A stretch of 64,000 bases of DNA, taken from positions 564,310 to 628,309 of the forward strand of contig BFEA01000002.1 in assembly GCA_003427395.1 (NCBI GenBank), in the 5' to 3' direction. The notes under the pieces are model-generated. The model saw only the letters and a list, made by a program, of their open reading frames with translations, was not told the DNA's origin and did no database searches. Shown piece after piece: positions 27,313 through 40,280 of this stretch. The position numbers and the translations under genes were made by a program. Every line of letters begins with the position of its first letter. Positions within the stretch are counted from its first letter, which is position 1. The DNA comes from Chara braunii. Taxonomy: Eukaryota; Plantae; Charophyceae.

Positions 27313-29265
27313 CATACAGGATAACAGGTAGACAAGACGCAGTGATAGGCACAACGAATGACCATTGCGATACGAATTTCAGTGGTCCAATTTTGGTATC
27401 TAAGAAAGTGAGCGGTTTGTGGAGATGGTGTTTCATGTAATCTGATACTTACCTGGGGATGACCTGTTTTGTATAAGATAGGAGGAGAAAAGAGAAAGTA
27501 TGTGCCTCTCCTTTCTCGTCTTGCAAGGCTGTGATTCAGATTCGTCTTTTGGGTGCATTTTTCAGCAACGATCATAAACGCACAGTGGAACTATGCCTCT
27601 TCTCTTTATATTTTATATTCTGTATTTCACGTTCACAGCTGAGCAGGATATCGCCACACCTGTCAGCTGCATACGTAGATACGATGAACACGAGGGGCAG
27701 CAGAAAAGGGGAGGGCTAAATTTCGGGGCAGTGAGATTTGAGCCCCGCAACCTGGCCCAATTTGCTGCCAGGATTCGAACCTAGGACCTGTCAGTAGAAT
27801 CTCTGTATGCCAAGTTCAGAGCAGGCCTTTCGAGACCAGTATATCTTAAGATTTTTCCTATGCCACAAAGCAGCGCATCAAGAGGGACAAGTCTGGCAGC
27901 AGAACAGACGATTTTTATTTCTTTTCAAACAGAATAGAAACTTCATTGCTCAATGCAAAAGGGGAGGCCGGGAATCCTCCACAAACAACCCGGGAAACAC
28001 TGAGACCATTACCCAGCTTCTGCACAGGCGTTAGGGGCATATCCAGGATCAGAAAAATGATCAATTCTGGACCCCTGCCCTGTAGCCTTAGCCTTGGTTA
28101 AATAAAAACGTCCACAAGGCTCACGAAGCCGAACAATCCAGAACCAACGAATTTTTCATTCGTCATTTGTTGCTAGAGTACGTAGACAAAGTACCGCTAT
28201 TTTTAGCCCTGCCAGTTGGGACAGTTGGCACAGCCATAGCCAGGCAGTTCCAGCAGTCTAACGCATCATTTCCAGTTCCGCTAGATGTTGTGTGTTTGCA
28301 GCTGAGTGTATTTAAGTGTCCTATGTTCAGACAAATTTTCAGCAAAGCTTCCGATCAAGTGTGATTGCTGCCAATCAGTTGTGCGCGATGGGTGCCGGAT
28401 CGTAACTCTAATCAGGGCCAGCAGAAAGTGTGGGAAGAGACACGCTAAAGATTACATGACGATGACTCGGATGAAAGGCCACACCAAATGAGGAATACTG
28501 ATGTCACCAGAACGTCTATCGTCTGTCATGCCCACAGAACGATCACATCAAATAGCAAGTTGCGACTTTAGACCAGTGAGCGCACGTAGTCAGTGTAACG
28601 TCCTTGGCAGTGAAGTGACATACCATACCCGGGTCTGCAGCATGTGTACAACGTGGAGAGCGGCAGTCCTTTTACGGACGCGCACAGTTGTTGGATATAG
28701 CGAGTTTGACAGAGCCGATGGCGCTCACTGCAAACAGAAAGTGTCTCTCTACTGGTGAAGAAGGGATGCCACAAACAGCTCCAACAGTCCTCTGCAAATA
28801 CAGACTGAGAGGTAGTTCGAGATAGTGATGTGTGCAACAGAAACAGGAGCAGTCCTCTACACATACAGATGCAGAGGGTAGCTGAATATCGAGTCTGATA
28901 GAGGCCATGGTGCTCACAGCAAAAAGTAACGCTATCCCTGTCGATGAAGATGTGATGGCCACAAAGCACTTACAGAATTCCCTGGTCTGACATCCAGGTG
29001 GATACGGTCTATATCACAAAGGAGCATTCAGGACTGAGGCTAGAGATGCATCACCGCAAAGGTCAGCAATGTAAAGCAGCGCATGAAACATGATGCCATT
29101 GTCCCACAGTTCCAGGGAACAGAAGCACTACCAAGGACCAAGGACCACACTGTGCCCTGGTCCATGAACATGAACAGATGCTAAATGAAGTACAGATGCA
29201 TGTACAGAAAATGCCATGCCATCGGTACTGAACTTGGAAGAAGACGACACGGGAGGCAGCATCAA

Positions 29266-29981
29266 ACCACCATGCCCTCCGAGCCTCTATTTGCCAAGGC
29301 CGAAAAAAATTGCGCACCAAGCTTTGCAAAAGCGCCAGTGCGACCTTCTTTTTTTACTCTGGTTGGCACTGCCAGCCTTTTTCAGTCTGGTAGCACTGTT
29401 CGCCCGAAAAAACGGGAATGATTCATTTTTGGTGTTTCGAGCTCGCCCCGTGAAAGGTAATGGTGGTCTACGAAAATAAAAGGGACCCTCACAGCACAGC
29501 CACAAGGAGAAACAGGAAGGCAGATACCCGGGTGATCCATGCCTTAGATGAACACTGCCCTCGAAGGAAAATTGCCACCTCTCACATTCTGTTCGGCCCT
29601 GGATGTCCAAACCATCATGTGAATAAGCCTACTGGGCACCTCCGGCTTATTCCGCCAGATGGGCCAAACTGACCCACAACCCCCTGCTGCTTCTTGGGCT
29701 GTGTGAGTAATGCTTCTGCTACTTGTCCGACTGGAAAGGAACGGCTTCGAATGATTACGTGGACGATTTTTTGTTTGGTACCTTTCACAGGCAGATGCAA
29801 AACACTAAAATACCATACACCACATTCCCCCCACGGTGAACAGTACTACTGGGCCAAAACTGTCGACGGCGCCAGCCAGAAAAGAAAAAAAGAAAAACGC
29901 TGCGCTGGCGCTTCAGCAAAGCTTAGTCCGTAGTTCTTTTCGGGCTCAGCAGAAAGAGGCTCGGAGGTAGTGGTCATTTAA
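29266..29981. mobile_element. Two oppositely oriented copies of the TTAA-bounded family (29266-29467 and ~29770-29977)
   Basis: Both are homologous to 33551-33761 (TACCTTTCAC...GCTTC.GCAAAG.TT); ends are TCAA|ACCACCA and TGGTCAT|TTAA. Confidence 0.7.
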
Positions 29982-31320
29982 GAGCGACAAGGAAAACGAC
30001 TCAATACCAACATATGTGTCGAACTTGAATCATTATCTCATATCATGATCAGTTTCTCAACAGTTATATGTATATACTGGTCAGCCACATTGACTTGGTA
30101 GCTACCTCTCCAGTTTTCTGCAACACAGAAGCGGAGATAACAGAACTGAAAGAAGGTATAGGTTCACTATTTATACCAACCGTACGTCGAGATAATCAGG
30201 AAACATTGGTTTCAGTACATTCTTCCTAACCAGTACTCGTATCTCTAACAGCTCAAGAAAATTATGGGTGCCCTAAGGTTCGTTTAACATAAATGTCTAC
30301 CACAGAGTGAAGCCTATCACGAGACGTATCTATCCTGTCCAGTTCGTCGATATCCATTAAAACAAAAGAAAAGACTTCAGAGTGACGCCTATCATGAGAC
30401 GTGTCTGATTCACCCTCCCTTTTTATTTAAGAAACTTTATGACACCCCTTTCATTGTTATTTCACAACACTTCCCTGCGGCCATAACACGCTCGAAACGT
30501 ATCTGTTCTTATTGGGGTTCTCCTTTTATTTCTTACCTTGTTCTTTCCCCCACTCCCCTGCCAACAACATTATATTGCATCTGAAAATAGCTGCACCTAT
30601 CGCCACATGTCCGTATTCCTGGTCATTCATGGTCCAGGGATTGCCAACCTAAAGGCGAAACAGTTTCATGTCGAGCTTCATGGGACTTGCTTCGCTTTGA
30701 AATATCCATGGAAAATCGATGTCATAGGGAGCGACTCCCTCTCGAGTATATTTATAAATACGGAGCACCATGGTTTACAAGTGAATAGTACTAAGCAATT
30801 ACATAGCCTAGCTGTCCCCCTTTCCTCCCTGAAAAGATGACGAAAATGGAAAACAGAAAGGAGGCTGAAAAAAGAGCAATCAACTCCCTTCTCACTGAAA
30901 TTGTGGCCAAATGCGCAAAAAGTGCCTCGGCAGGAATACTTCCATGGCATGAGGTCAAAACCCATTTTGCAAATAAGCCCACACTAGGGCCCTGCCAAAT
31001 TATAAATATGCCCCTTCTCACATCCTACTCATACAGCCTTCCAAAATCATCAAGAAACTCATGGCAGGGCCCCAAAAGTACTCAGCAAGTCCTCGCGAGC
31101 CGGCAGGCGCCTGTCACTGAGCCTGCGCTGCCACTAAAGGCAAATTTCTCTCACTGGCGCCAATTGTCTTTATCTTGCTAAGTGCAACAAATCATAAAGT
31201 TGGCCTATTCAAGGTTTCGCGCACAGTCGCCAACCACTTGCAGCTTGTGCATGGACCGCCCCCCCGCACCCACCCCCCCCGACGTGGCGTACTCACAGGA
31301 GAGTCTGGGGGGCTGGCAGT

Positions 31321-33765
31321 TTAGACCACCAGTACTTCCCGGCCTCCTTTTCCAAAAACGGATTTGCACTGTGTGCCTCGGGAAAAAAAATAAAAAATTA
31401 ATTAATTAATTAAAAAAACGCTTTCTTTTGTTTTTTGCCTGGCACCACCAGCCATTTTGGTCTATAGGCCAAGCCCCTAAGGCCAAGGTGCTATAAACCA
31501 CCAGTACTTGGCCCAGCTATCGGTCCTGGCGCTTCCCCGTTAACGCACCGCGCCTTTATGGCTTCGGGGTACCGGACCACAATGGCTGGAAGCGCCAGCC
31601 AAAAAGAAATTGAAACAGTACTCCGGCGCTTCGGCAAAAATTGGCGCGCAGGGGCATTCCAGGCTCGGCATCGATAGCTGGGCCAAGTACTGGTGCTTTA
31701 ACGGCCACGTTGGAGAAAATGGCCGGGAAACATACTGCTGGTTTCGCAAACGATCATGTTATCAACTGCACACCGCCGCAGAGCACTTGTCAAACTCCAC
31801 CATACACGGTGTTCAATCAACACAACAGAGGGTAGCGAACAATCGCATTCAAACAACAGTAAATTCCACACGGTGAATTCCAATCTGGGCCGGCATGGGA
31901 TCTCGACAGGGTTTAATTTTGAGGCAACCCCTGTTCCATGCCTTTTCCCAAACCTGAACTTGGCACCACAGGGGTGTTTCAGAAAGGATTTCTCATTCTG
32001 GCCACTTCAGGGACCGCCGCCCTCGCCCCCTACGGGCGACCTACAGGACTTCCGTTAAAACTGCCATGATGCAGAGAAGATCATTATGGGCCTTGCGCAA
32101 GGATGCCACGCATCTGGTTCAAAAAAAAAAAAAGGAGCCCCCTACGGGCCATTTTAAGCCACCAGTGCACCCGGGACTGGTGGCCTTCCACTGCTCGTCA
32201 AGCTTTGCCGAACCGCCTGTGGTGCACTTATTTCTTTTCCGGCTGGCCCCACAGCCATTGCGGTCCAGTAGCCCCAAGCCTCCGAAATTGTAGTAGGCGA
32301 TGAACTGTTTTTCCACAAGGCTAAGCCATATGCTGGCAGTTTTAAGGCCATCTTACCTGTGCTCACAAGCTTTCCCAAGACTTCCGGTGGCATCCATTTC
32401 AGTTTACGGCCATTGCAGGATTCCACGTGGGTCATTTCAGAGCCAACCAAACCTTTCAAAATCTTTTCACAAACTTTAGCACACCACCCTAGGACCCAAG
32501 CCTCAAAACCCCCCATTGGAGGTGATAGTGGTTAAACCATCAGTACTTGGGACCCTTCCTTCATCCTCTGCATGCCACGGAGAGCATTTGAATTTAACCC
32601 AGCGCAGGCAAGCACTTACATCCCTGAAAGGTGGGCGCCATAATGGGCACACCTCACACGAGTGCTGGCGGTTTAAACCATGACTCCATTGCAGCTCTAC
32701 TGGGGATTGCAAAGTCCACAAGGGGGGCCCAGACAAGCATCACCCAGCAAGGGGGCACAAGTCAGCTTGGCCTACCATGCAAAGTAAGCTGCCTCGGAGC
32801 GCATTTGAATGTAACCCAATGCAGGCCAGACTTACGTCCCGGAAAGGTGGGCACCATAATGGGCACACCTTGCACGAATGCTTGTGGTTTAAACCATGAC
32901 TGCACTGCAGCTCTACTGGGGATTGCAACGTGCACAAGGGGGGGCCAGACCAGTTTCACCTACCACCAGGGAGGCACAGGCCAGCTTGGCCAACCATGCA
33001 AAGTAAGCTGGCAGTCCCCATAGACCCGGCCTGGGGACCATTCAGACATCCAGAGCCGGATGTGAAATGCAGTTCGTCAAAAAATTGACGACTTCAGGTG
33101 CAGACATCATCTAAACCACCACTCACCCCCCCGTTTGGAAATTCGGGAGACCTGTAGGGCCAATTCACAAAAAAAAAAAAAAAAAATCAACCTAGGGCCA
33201 ATTCACAAAAAAAACAAAAAAAAATCAACCTACCCTTATCAGCAGGGAGTGAAATATGGTCCAAAAAAAAAAAAAAAAAAAAAACGCAGAGATAGATCAG
33301 CACCAAATCTACAGGCATGACGTTTTTGTTTTCTTGTGCACATACTCCAGAGCGCAAAAACACACTAAAGTCGGTGCAAAATCTTTTTGCAAACCGCGGC
33401 AGAACCCCCACATCGTGTGGGCCTACCCATCCATTTGGCCCCCCACGCTGCTGCGGACTACCAGAATGTCAATTTCAGAGAAGTCACCCTGGTGGTTTCA
33501 ACCACCAATACCTCTGGTTTTATGGCGAAGACCAGGTGGGTGCATCGTAAACCACCACTACCTTTCACAGGCAGACTAGGATCACCAGTTTGCCGTAAAC
33601 CGCATTCTTCGGCTGAACAGTGCTACCGGACCAAAATGACCGGCGGCACCACCAGCCACCAAATAAAAAAAAAGAAGAAGCCTCACACTGGGGCTTCGGC
33701 AAAGATTGGCGCGCAGCTCTTTTCCGCATTGGCAAAAAGAGGGTCGGGGGTTACTGGCAGCTTAA
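31321..33765. mobile_element. Head-to-tail array of TTAA-bounded modules, mostly 140-220 bp
   Basis: TTAA-like junctions or termini at 31321, 31493, 31698, 32154, 32341, 32532, 32673, 32889, 33111, 33497, 33547 and 33762, e.g. CTGGCGGT|TTAA|ACCATGAC and CTGGTGGT|TTCA|ACCACCAA. Module 31497-31697 has 26-bp TIRs; 32579-33010 is a 2 x 217-bp duplication. Confidence 0.7.
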
Positions 33766-33929
33766 GAATCTACTGATGAAATTGATGATTGGAACAACTC
33801 TTCCGCACCTGTGCGGTCAGACTGCCAAACGTTTTTTTCTTCCAGGCATGTGAAAGCGAGGGATAGCCCATGCAGCCCAGGTCCAAGACATACAGGCGGC
33901 GTTACCTCCAAAATTCTACAGCTCTCCAG

Positions 33930-34180
33930 GAGTCGGTTCTTCTCGAATGAGCACACTCACACTAGTCGGTTCTTCTAGAATGAGAACACTCAGACTAGGA
34001 CTTTTTCGACTAAATCTGCTTGTGACAGCGCCCAGATACATGGAGGGCATCCCTCCTGTCAGTATGCCCAGATACAAGCCGCACACTAGGGACTTTTCCG
34101 ACTGAATCTGTATGTGATAGCTCCCAGATACATGGAGGGCAGCCCTACTGTAAGTATGCCCAGATACACGCCGCACATCA
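33930..34180. repeat. Nested short tandem duplications (33 bp x2 and ~90 bp x2)
   Basis: AGTCGGTTCTTCT.GAATGAG.ACACTCA twice; CCCAGATACATGGAGGGCA.CCCT.CTGT.AGTATGCCCAGATACA twice. Confidence 0.8.
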
Positions 34181-34956
34181 GATTGGCAACTGGACGTTAA
34201 GTCCAAAGGGGCATTTTCTTACAGGAAGTCTCGGTGATCCATAACCGACCGGCCTTTGATGATAGCAAATTGAGTATGGTAGAACCCATTTTACTTACGC
34301 TGAAAGCTCTGCACTCGGGCTACTTAGTTATATCTAAACTTGGGTTGAAAAAACAGCAAGTTTTCGCTGACTTCGACTGAACACTGCTTACTTGAATCGA
34401 ACACTCGTTTGGGATTACTCTTTCATGATAGATTATCTAGCCAGTATTAACAATCAATGATTGCTGGTAGAAAAACTACACGCGATCCTGAAACTAAAAC
34501 GTGAAAAAAGAGAAAAAGAAGAAAAAGACGTGTGTGTCCGGCTTAGAGTTTGGTACCCAAGGTGACATGCAGACAATAGGCCATAGCAGGGAGTTTGGGA
34601 ACAGCGAGGACCAAAACAAAGAGAGCAGCAGCAACAAAGAGAGGCAGGCAACAGGATGAGCATTTTCATCCACGTTTCAATCTCTCAAGAGTCGAGACCA
34701 TCATACATGGCAAACCAAGGGTCAGGTTTCACTTGTGCTATTTCTGCACTGAGGGACAGGGAATCCGGAGAGCGGGGGAGACAGAGAGAGAGACAGAGAG
34801 CGAGTAGTCACTATCACAGCATCTGTCAGCCGAGACCATACCCATACCCAAGTCAGGATGAACCTGACCACGCACAGTGGCCAGGTTCATCACTCAAACC
34901 CAGCAAGGGATAGGCTTTGGTTGTGCAATTTCTGTCCTGAGTGGACACGGAACTTG

Positions 34957-35219
34957 GGGCATACTCACACACACTAGCACGCATTTTCATAAAACCATAA
35001 ATTGTAGGTGATTTTTCGGGTCATAAGGGCTACGTATTTTCCGTTTTCACGCAAATGAGCACGTAATTGTCAGAGGCTTGGACAGCCATGGGGTTCCGTA
35101 TTTTGTACGAAACCTCTGGAGGTCCCCGCAATTGCGTACCTTTCTTTGAGACCTGCTTCTTTCTGGAAACAAAAAAAAAAAAGAATTCGACGTCTGGNGG
35201 GCAGCTCTCGTAAGGGAAC

Positions 35220-35251
<32 letters not shown>

Positions 35252-35448
35252 AGGAAAAAGGGATGGATTTTTATGCATCGTGCTGTGTTACCCCTCGGAC
35301 CGTATAATCACATTCCTAGAGCAGGTCGAGACTGTGTCCTTTCTGTTTTGTGACATATGCGGGTGTGCTGTGTGACTGGGAAGTGCCATATCATTGCAAA
35401 TTGGCTCACATATAATTTGCTATTGTACCTGCTAGTGCGAGTATGCCC
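34957..35448. mobile_element. PIF/Harbinger-like (Tourist-like) MITE
   Basis: TIR GGGCATACTCACAC / GTGCGAGTATGCCC; flanks TTG/TTA; related copies at 41641, 43510 and 52122. Confidence 0.75.
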
Positions 35449-35604
35449 TTAGAGACAGAGATAGAGAGGAGCACTCACTATCGTGGCCTCTGTAGACTAA
35501 GACTAGACTCACACGGTGCTATTCTTTGCACCAAGTTAGGATGAACCTGCCCAGGATGGCTACCAGTTACATCACCCACCGAGATCACGTGCATCACACA
35601 AACT

Positions 35605-35649
<45 letters not shown>

Positions 35650-35699
35650 ACTGACTACAGAGGTCTCTGTAAACCCACTGACTACGAAGGTCATATCGT

Positions 35700-36107
35700 C
35701 TGGGCTACCAGAGTGGGCCAGGACCACTTGCGCGGCTGGGCCAAGAAGATAACTTTTTCATTTAATTTGTATTTTCAATAGCGTAAGGCATTTAGATGTG
35801 ACCCGGAGGCAGAAATCGTTCAGTTTCTTATTCTGCATACCATAGTTTTTTTTTTCTTTTTTTCCAGATCTTTTTATTTTTATTGCTGGGGGAGCGACCT
35901 TGCCAAGGCCTTCCCAGCCAAGGCCGTCCGATGTGACCCTGACGCAAGAATCGTTCAGTTTATTATTCTGCATAACATACCCTTTTTTTTATAACAATTT
36001 CTTTTTTTCTTTTTTTTTTTTCTACGGCAGGGACCCTTACCCGGCCCTTGCCAACCCAGGCCGTCCACACAAACAAGGTGACCCAGGCGGCCCGGTTGGT
36101 AGCCCGG
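35700..36107. mobile_element. Second copy of the 4949-5223 hAT MITE family, with an internal duplication
   Basis: Ends CTGGGCTACCAG / TTGGTAGCCCGG; shared core GATGTGACCC..G.CA..A.T.GTTCAGTTT..T.TTCTGCATA present twice; no clean TSD. Confidence 0.75.
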
Positions 36108-36435
36108 GCCCAGCATCTGGTGCTGTTTCTTTGTCCTAAGTCACAACGAACCTGACCAGGACAGCAACAAGTTCCATCGTTCGTGCACAGCAGCCATGTT
36201 CATCACGTGAACTCAGCAAAGCCATCACACCCTACGAAGAGGATTATAAACACTCTGTCATCCCGGCTGATACATCCACAAAATGCCATTCATGATGGTT
36301 CTGCAGTATATCCAAATCACCCAACAACGCCAATGGACTCGCACCCAACATAGCCGGTTGACTCACAGTGGAGAGGAGATAACCTCCAAGCATTATCGGC
36401 CTCGACATCTTGACTTCGGGAAACTATTCGACTAA

Positions 36436-36649
36436 ACCGCTGGCGCACAGCCCCAGGCCATTTCAAACGTTCCATGGGTCACTCCTAATATTTTGGACGC
36501 TTGGGGGGCTTGGACCACAATGGCTGGTGAGTGGCGCCAGCCAAAAAAGGAAACTTTGGAGGCTCGGGGGGCTTGGGCCACAATGGCTGGCGGGTTGGCA
36601 AAGTTTGGCGTGCGGTGCAAACCCGCCAGGCTTGGGTGTACAGCTGGTT
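36436..36649. mobile_element. TTAA-bounded family copy
   Basis: CTAA|ACCGCTGG ... CTGGTT|TTAA; interior CCACAATGGCTGG..GCGCCAGCCAAAAA is shared with 31577-31606. Confidence 0.6.
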
Positions 36650-36669
36650 TTAAATCGCGAGCCCACTCA

Positions 36670-36828
36670 CCTGATCGATTCATTGATTGGTTGATTAGTC
36701 GATTTAACTGATGGATTGATTGATAGCTGGGTTGATGGGTTGACGAATTGATTGGTTGGTTGGATGGTTGGTCGATTGATTCGTTCATTCATTGATTCAC
36801 TTATTGATTGGTTCCTTGATTGATCGAC
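36670..36828. repeat. Degenerate (GATT/GGTT)n tetranucleotide repeat
   Basis: Read directly. Confidence 0.85.
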
Positions 36829-37215
36829 CAAGCTCAACGTGGGATTGACTGGGGTCGGCTATACCACAATTAACTGGGCCACCTTCCCACTTGTACGACT
36901 CTTCTTCCAGAACATCACAACATCATTGCATAACATCGAATGCATCCACGTCAACTTCGATGTCAGTCTTACCCTTATCTATGGAATGGATCTAATCACA
37001 CTATCGTTCTAATGAGACTATCGGTCAAGATAGACCTTCCTCAATTGCTTTCACAAAATCTACACGCCATTTTATTGCGAGACTCACTATCCTCACCTAT
37101 GGAATACTAACAATCATCACTCTTTTTTTCTTTCTTTTTTTCAAAAAGAAAAAAGAAAAGGATTCTGCAGGTTCTATCATTCTACTAGGGAGAGTGGTAG
37201 GAGCACATCCCCCTG

Positions 37216-37356
37216 CCGTCTTCACCCGAATAGAATGTCTGATCCTTATAGCCGTACTTGGTGCAATTTGCAGTCCAGATACAGCTACCGTACTTGGTGC
37301 AATTTGCAGTCCAGATACAGCTATAACGACCGGGCTTTCTATTCAGGTGAAGACGG
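37216..37356. mobile_element. Tc2/pogo-like hairpin MITE copy with an internal 37-bp duplication
   Basis: CCGTCTTCACCCGAATAGAA ... TTCTATTCAGGTGAAGACGG|TA. Confidence 0.85.
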
Positions 37357-37560
37357 TAGTAGGACCTGTTGAAGTCGCTCCATCTATTGTTGAGGACTAA
37401 CAATCATCACCTATGGACTAGATCGTTATGAAAGAAGAAATTGAGGCGGGCAGAGTCCGTGCTATGTAGAGAGACATAGAGTGCTACTAGTGTATGTATA
37501 CTGAGCAACAACAGGCTTGAGCGGGCTAGTGGCTTCGTCTTCTCAGCCATGAACCCTTTG

Positions 37561-37680
37561 GGCCTCACCACACCACTCACCACGTGCACAAAAGACCAAA
37601 ATTATGGCAGTGCATCTTTCCATGTTGTGGCGGAAGATTCATTCTCATTTTGTACATTTGGTGAGTGGTGTGGCGAGGCC
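37561..37680. mobile_element. GGCCTC-ended MITE (same family as 45705-45832)
   Basis: TIR GGCCTCACCACACCACTCACCA / TGGTGAGTGGTGTGGCGAGGCC; shared interior GGAAGATTCATTCTCATTTTG. Confidence 0.75.
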
Positions 37681-37845
37681 TTTTGTCTCACAGGAGCCCA
37701 ACCTCAGCGTCATTCTCTCAAGGCACCACCCAACAACCCCCTCCATCCTACCTCAGTGTGTGCCACTCAGGACCTTCATCCCTCACAATCTATGATTCAC
37801 ACAAACGGATTGCTTCACTCCTCCCTTTTCTTTTTTTTTTTTTAA

Positions 37846-37982
37846 ATCCCCACCACCTTTGTCGTTTCGGTGGCGGGAGCCAACGATGAAAAATATCAGC
37901 GGCCACCCGATAGGGCCGATACCGTTTTTTCGAAATAGGTCACTTTTGTGACTCAGCGACCAGTGAGAAAGATAGTGGTGGT
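37846..37982. mobile_element. TTAA-bounded family copy
   Basis: TTAA|ATCCCCACCACCTTT ... AAAGATAGTGGTGGT|TTAA. Confidence 0.6.
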
Positions 37983-38291
37983 TTAACCTCCAATCCCCTT
38001 TTTCCTTCAAATTTCCTTTTTAAGCACTGACACGCAGCCCTGATCGACCCAAGTGTTGAATGAGCCCTGTCATATGGGCACTTCGGATGCCAGGCACTAC
38101 TTTATATATTATTTATTACGCTTACAAGCCCCACGACTGGGTCCACGATCGGATAGAGTCATCAAACAGTCGTTTTTGTGATCTGATACGGTCATTAAAA
38201 CTGCCATTCTGACAATCAGACAGTCATTACGACTGTCATTCGTACTCGTACTAGCCCCATCAGCGGGTCTGCCGTTGGACACAGTAATTAA

Positions 38292-38662
38292 GCCTGGCAT
38301 GCCTTTTATTCGAGCAACAAGGGTATGTCTACATTCATCGAATTGCATGAATGCGTTCAAGGCAGGTCTATGGTCAGGTAGCAACCAGTTCCTGGAGACA
38401 TCCCTGGCATGCCTTCTATTCNCAACCAGTTCCTGGAGACATCCCTGGCATGCCTTCTATTCAAGCAACGAGGGTACGTCTAGATTCATGGAATTGCATG
38501 AATGTATTCGAGACAGGTTTCTGGTCAGGTACCAACCAGTTCCTGGCGTCATCCCTGGCATGCCTTCTATTCCAGCAACGAAGGTCCGTCTAGATCCATG
38601 GAATTGCATGAATGTATTCGAGACAGGTCTCTCATCAGGTAGCAACCAGTTCCTGGAGACAT
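38292..38662. repeat. Tandem repeat, ~3 x 110 bp
   Basis: CCTGGCATGCCTTCTATTC...GAATTGCATGAATG...AACCAGTTCCTGG repeated. Confidence 0.9.
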
Positions 38663-38707
38663 CGGTCGGTCACCAGCTCCCCCCCCTCTCCCTAGGTTCC
38701 AACCCTG

Positions 38708-38816
38708 CCATCTTCCCCCGAATAGAACGCATGGTCCGGTCATTACTGATGTGTCTAGACTGAAGTTGACGCACATACAGCTATTATGGCAGTGCCTTCA
38801 AGTCGGGGGAAAACGG
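38708..38816. mobile_element. Tc2/pogo-like hairpin MITE copy (diverged)
   Basis: CCATCTTCCCCCGAATAGAACG ... TCGGGGGAAAACGG. Confidence 0.7.
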
Positions 38817-38875
38817 CTTGACGCCCTGGAAGAATGTACGTGGACGTCAGAAACTCTCCCCTTACCCCCTTCCAC

Positions 38876-39586
38876 GCTCCCGTCCTCCAGAAGGCACCTG
38901 GACAGGATTCTGTCCAGGTACATGCCTACACAGGGAGAGAAGGTCTTTTTCTAAATTCCCCAGCTCCCGTNNNNNNNNNNNNNNNNNNNNNNNNNNNNNN
39001 NNNNNNNNNNNNNNNNNNNNNNNNNNNNNNNNNNNNNNNNNNNNNNNNNNNNNNNNNNNNNNNNNNNNNNNNNNNNNNNNNNNNNNNNNNNNNNNNNNNN
39101 NNNNNNNNNNNNNNNNNNNNNNNNNNNNNNNNNNNNNNNNNNNNNNNNNNNNNNNNNNNNNNNNNNNNNNNNNNNNNNNNNNNNNNNNNNNNNNNNNNNN
39201 NNNNNNNNNNNNNNNNNNNNNNNNNNNNNNNNNNNNNNNNNNNNNNNNNNNNNNNNNNNNNNNNNNNNNNNNNNNNNNNNNNNNNNNNNNNNNNNNNNNN
39301 NNNNNNNNNNNNNNNNNNNNNNNNNNNNNNNNNNNNNNNNNNNNNNNNNNNNNNNNNNNNNNNNNNNNNNNNNNNNNNNNNNNNNNNNNNNNNNNNNNNN
39401 NNNNNNNNNNGCTCCCGTCCTCCAGAAGGCACCTGGACAGGATTCTGTCCAGGTACATGCCTACACAGGGAGAGAAGGTCTTTTTCTAAATTCCCCAGCT
39501 CCCGTCCTCCAGAAGGCACCTGGACAGGATTCTGTCCAGGTACATGCCTACACAGGGAGAGAAGGTCTTTTTCTAAATTCCCCAGC
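38876..39586. repeat. 87-bp satellite array interrupted by assembly gaps
   Basis: Identical units start at 38876, 39411 and 39498; each contains the hairpin ACCTGGACAG-GATT-CTGTCCAGGT. Confidence 0.9.
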
Positions 39587-40280
39587 NNNNNNNNNNNNNN
39601 NNNNNNNNNNNNNNNNNNNNNNNNNNNNNNNNNNNNNNNNNNNNNNNNNNNNNNNNNNNNNNNNNNNNNNNNNNNNNNNNNNNNNNNNNNNNNNNNNNNN
39701 NNNNNNNNNNNNNNNNNNNNNNNNNNNNNNNNNNNNNNNNNNNNNNNNNNNNNNNNNNNNNNNNNNNNNNNNNNNNNNNNNNNNNNNNNNNNNNNNNNNN
39801 NNNNNNNNNNNNNNNNNNNNNNNNNNNNNNNNNNNNNNNNNNNNNNNNNNNNNNNNNNNNNNNNNNNNNNNNNNNNNNNNNNNNNNNNNNNNNNNNNNNN
39901 NNNNNNNNNNNNNNNNNNNNNNNNNNNNNNNNNNNNNNNNNNNNNNNNNNNNNNNNNNNNNNNNNNNNNNNNNNNNNNNNNNNNNNNNNNNNNNNNNNNN
40001 NNNNNNNNNNNNNNNNNNNNNNNNNNNNNNNNNNNNNNNNNNNNNNNNNNNNNNNNNNNNNNNNNNNNNNNNNNNNNNNNNNNNNNNNNNNNNNNNNNNN
40101 NNNNNNNNNNNNNNNNNNNNNNNNNNNNNNNNNNNNNNNNNNNNNNNNNNNNNNNNNNNNNNNNNNNNNNNNNNNNNNNNNNNNNNNNNNNNNNNNNNNN
40201 NNNNNNNNNNNNNNNNNNNNNNNNNNNNNNNNNNNCCCCTTCCTTTTCCTTTCTTTGCATGGTTTTCTTTTTGAGTTCAT

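Noticed and set aside
27445-27456. U1 snRNA gene
   Set aside because: Only the first 12 nt match; no U1 stem-loops or Sm site follow.
27765-27790. tRNA T-arm-like motif GGTCCTAGGTTCGAATCCTGGC (minus strand)
   Set aside because: No A box or cloverleaf upstream; at most a SINE fragment.
38876-39586. CRISPR-like hairpin repeats
   Set aside because: Units are contiguous and identical with no unique spacers, there are no cas genes, and the context is eukaryotic.
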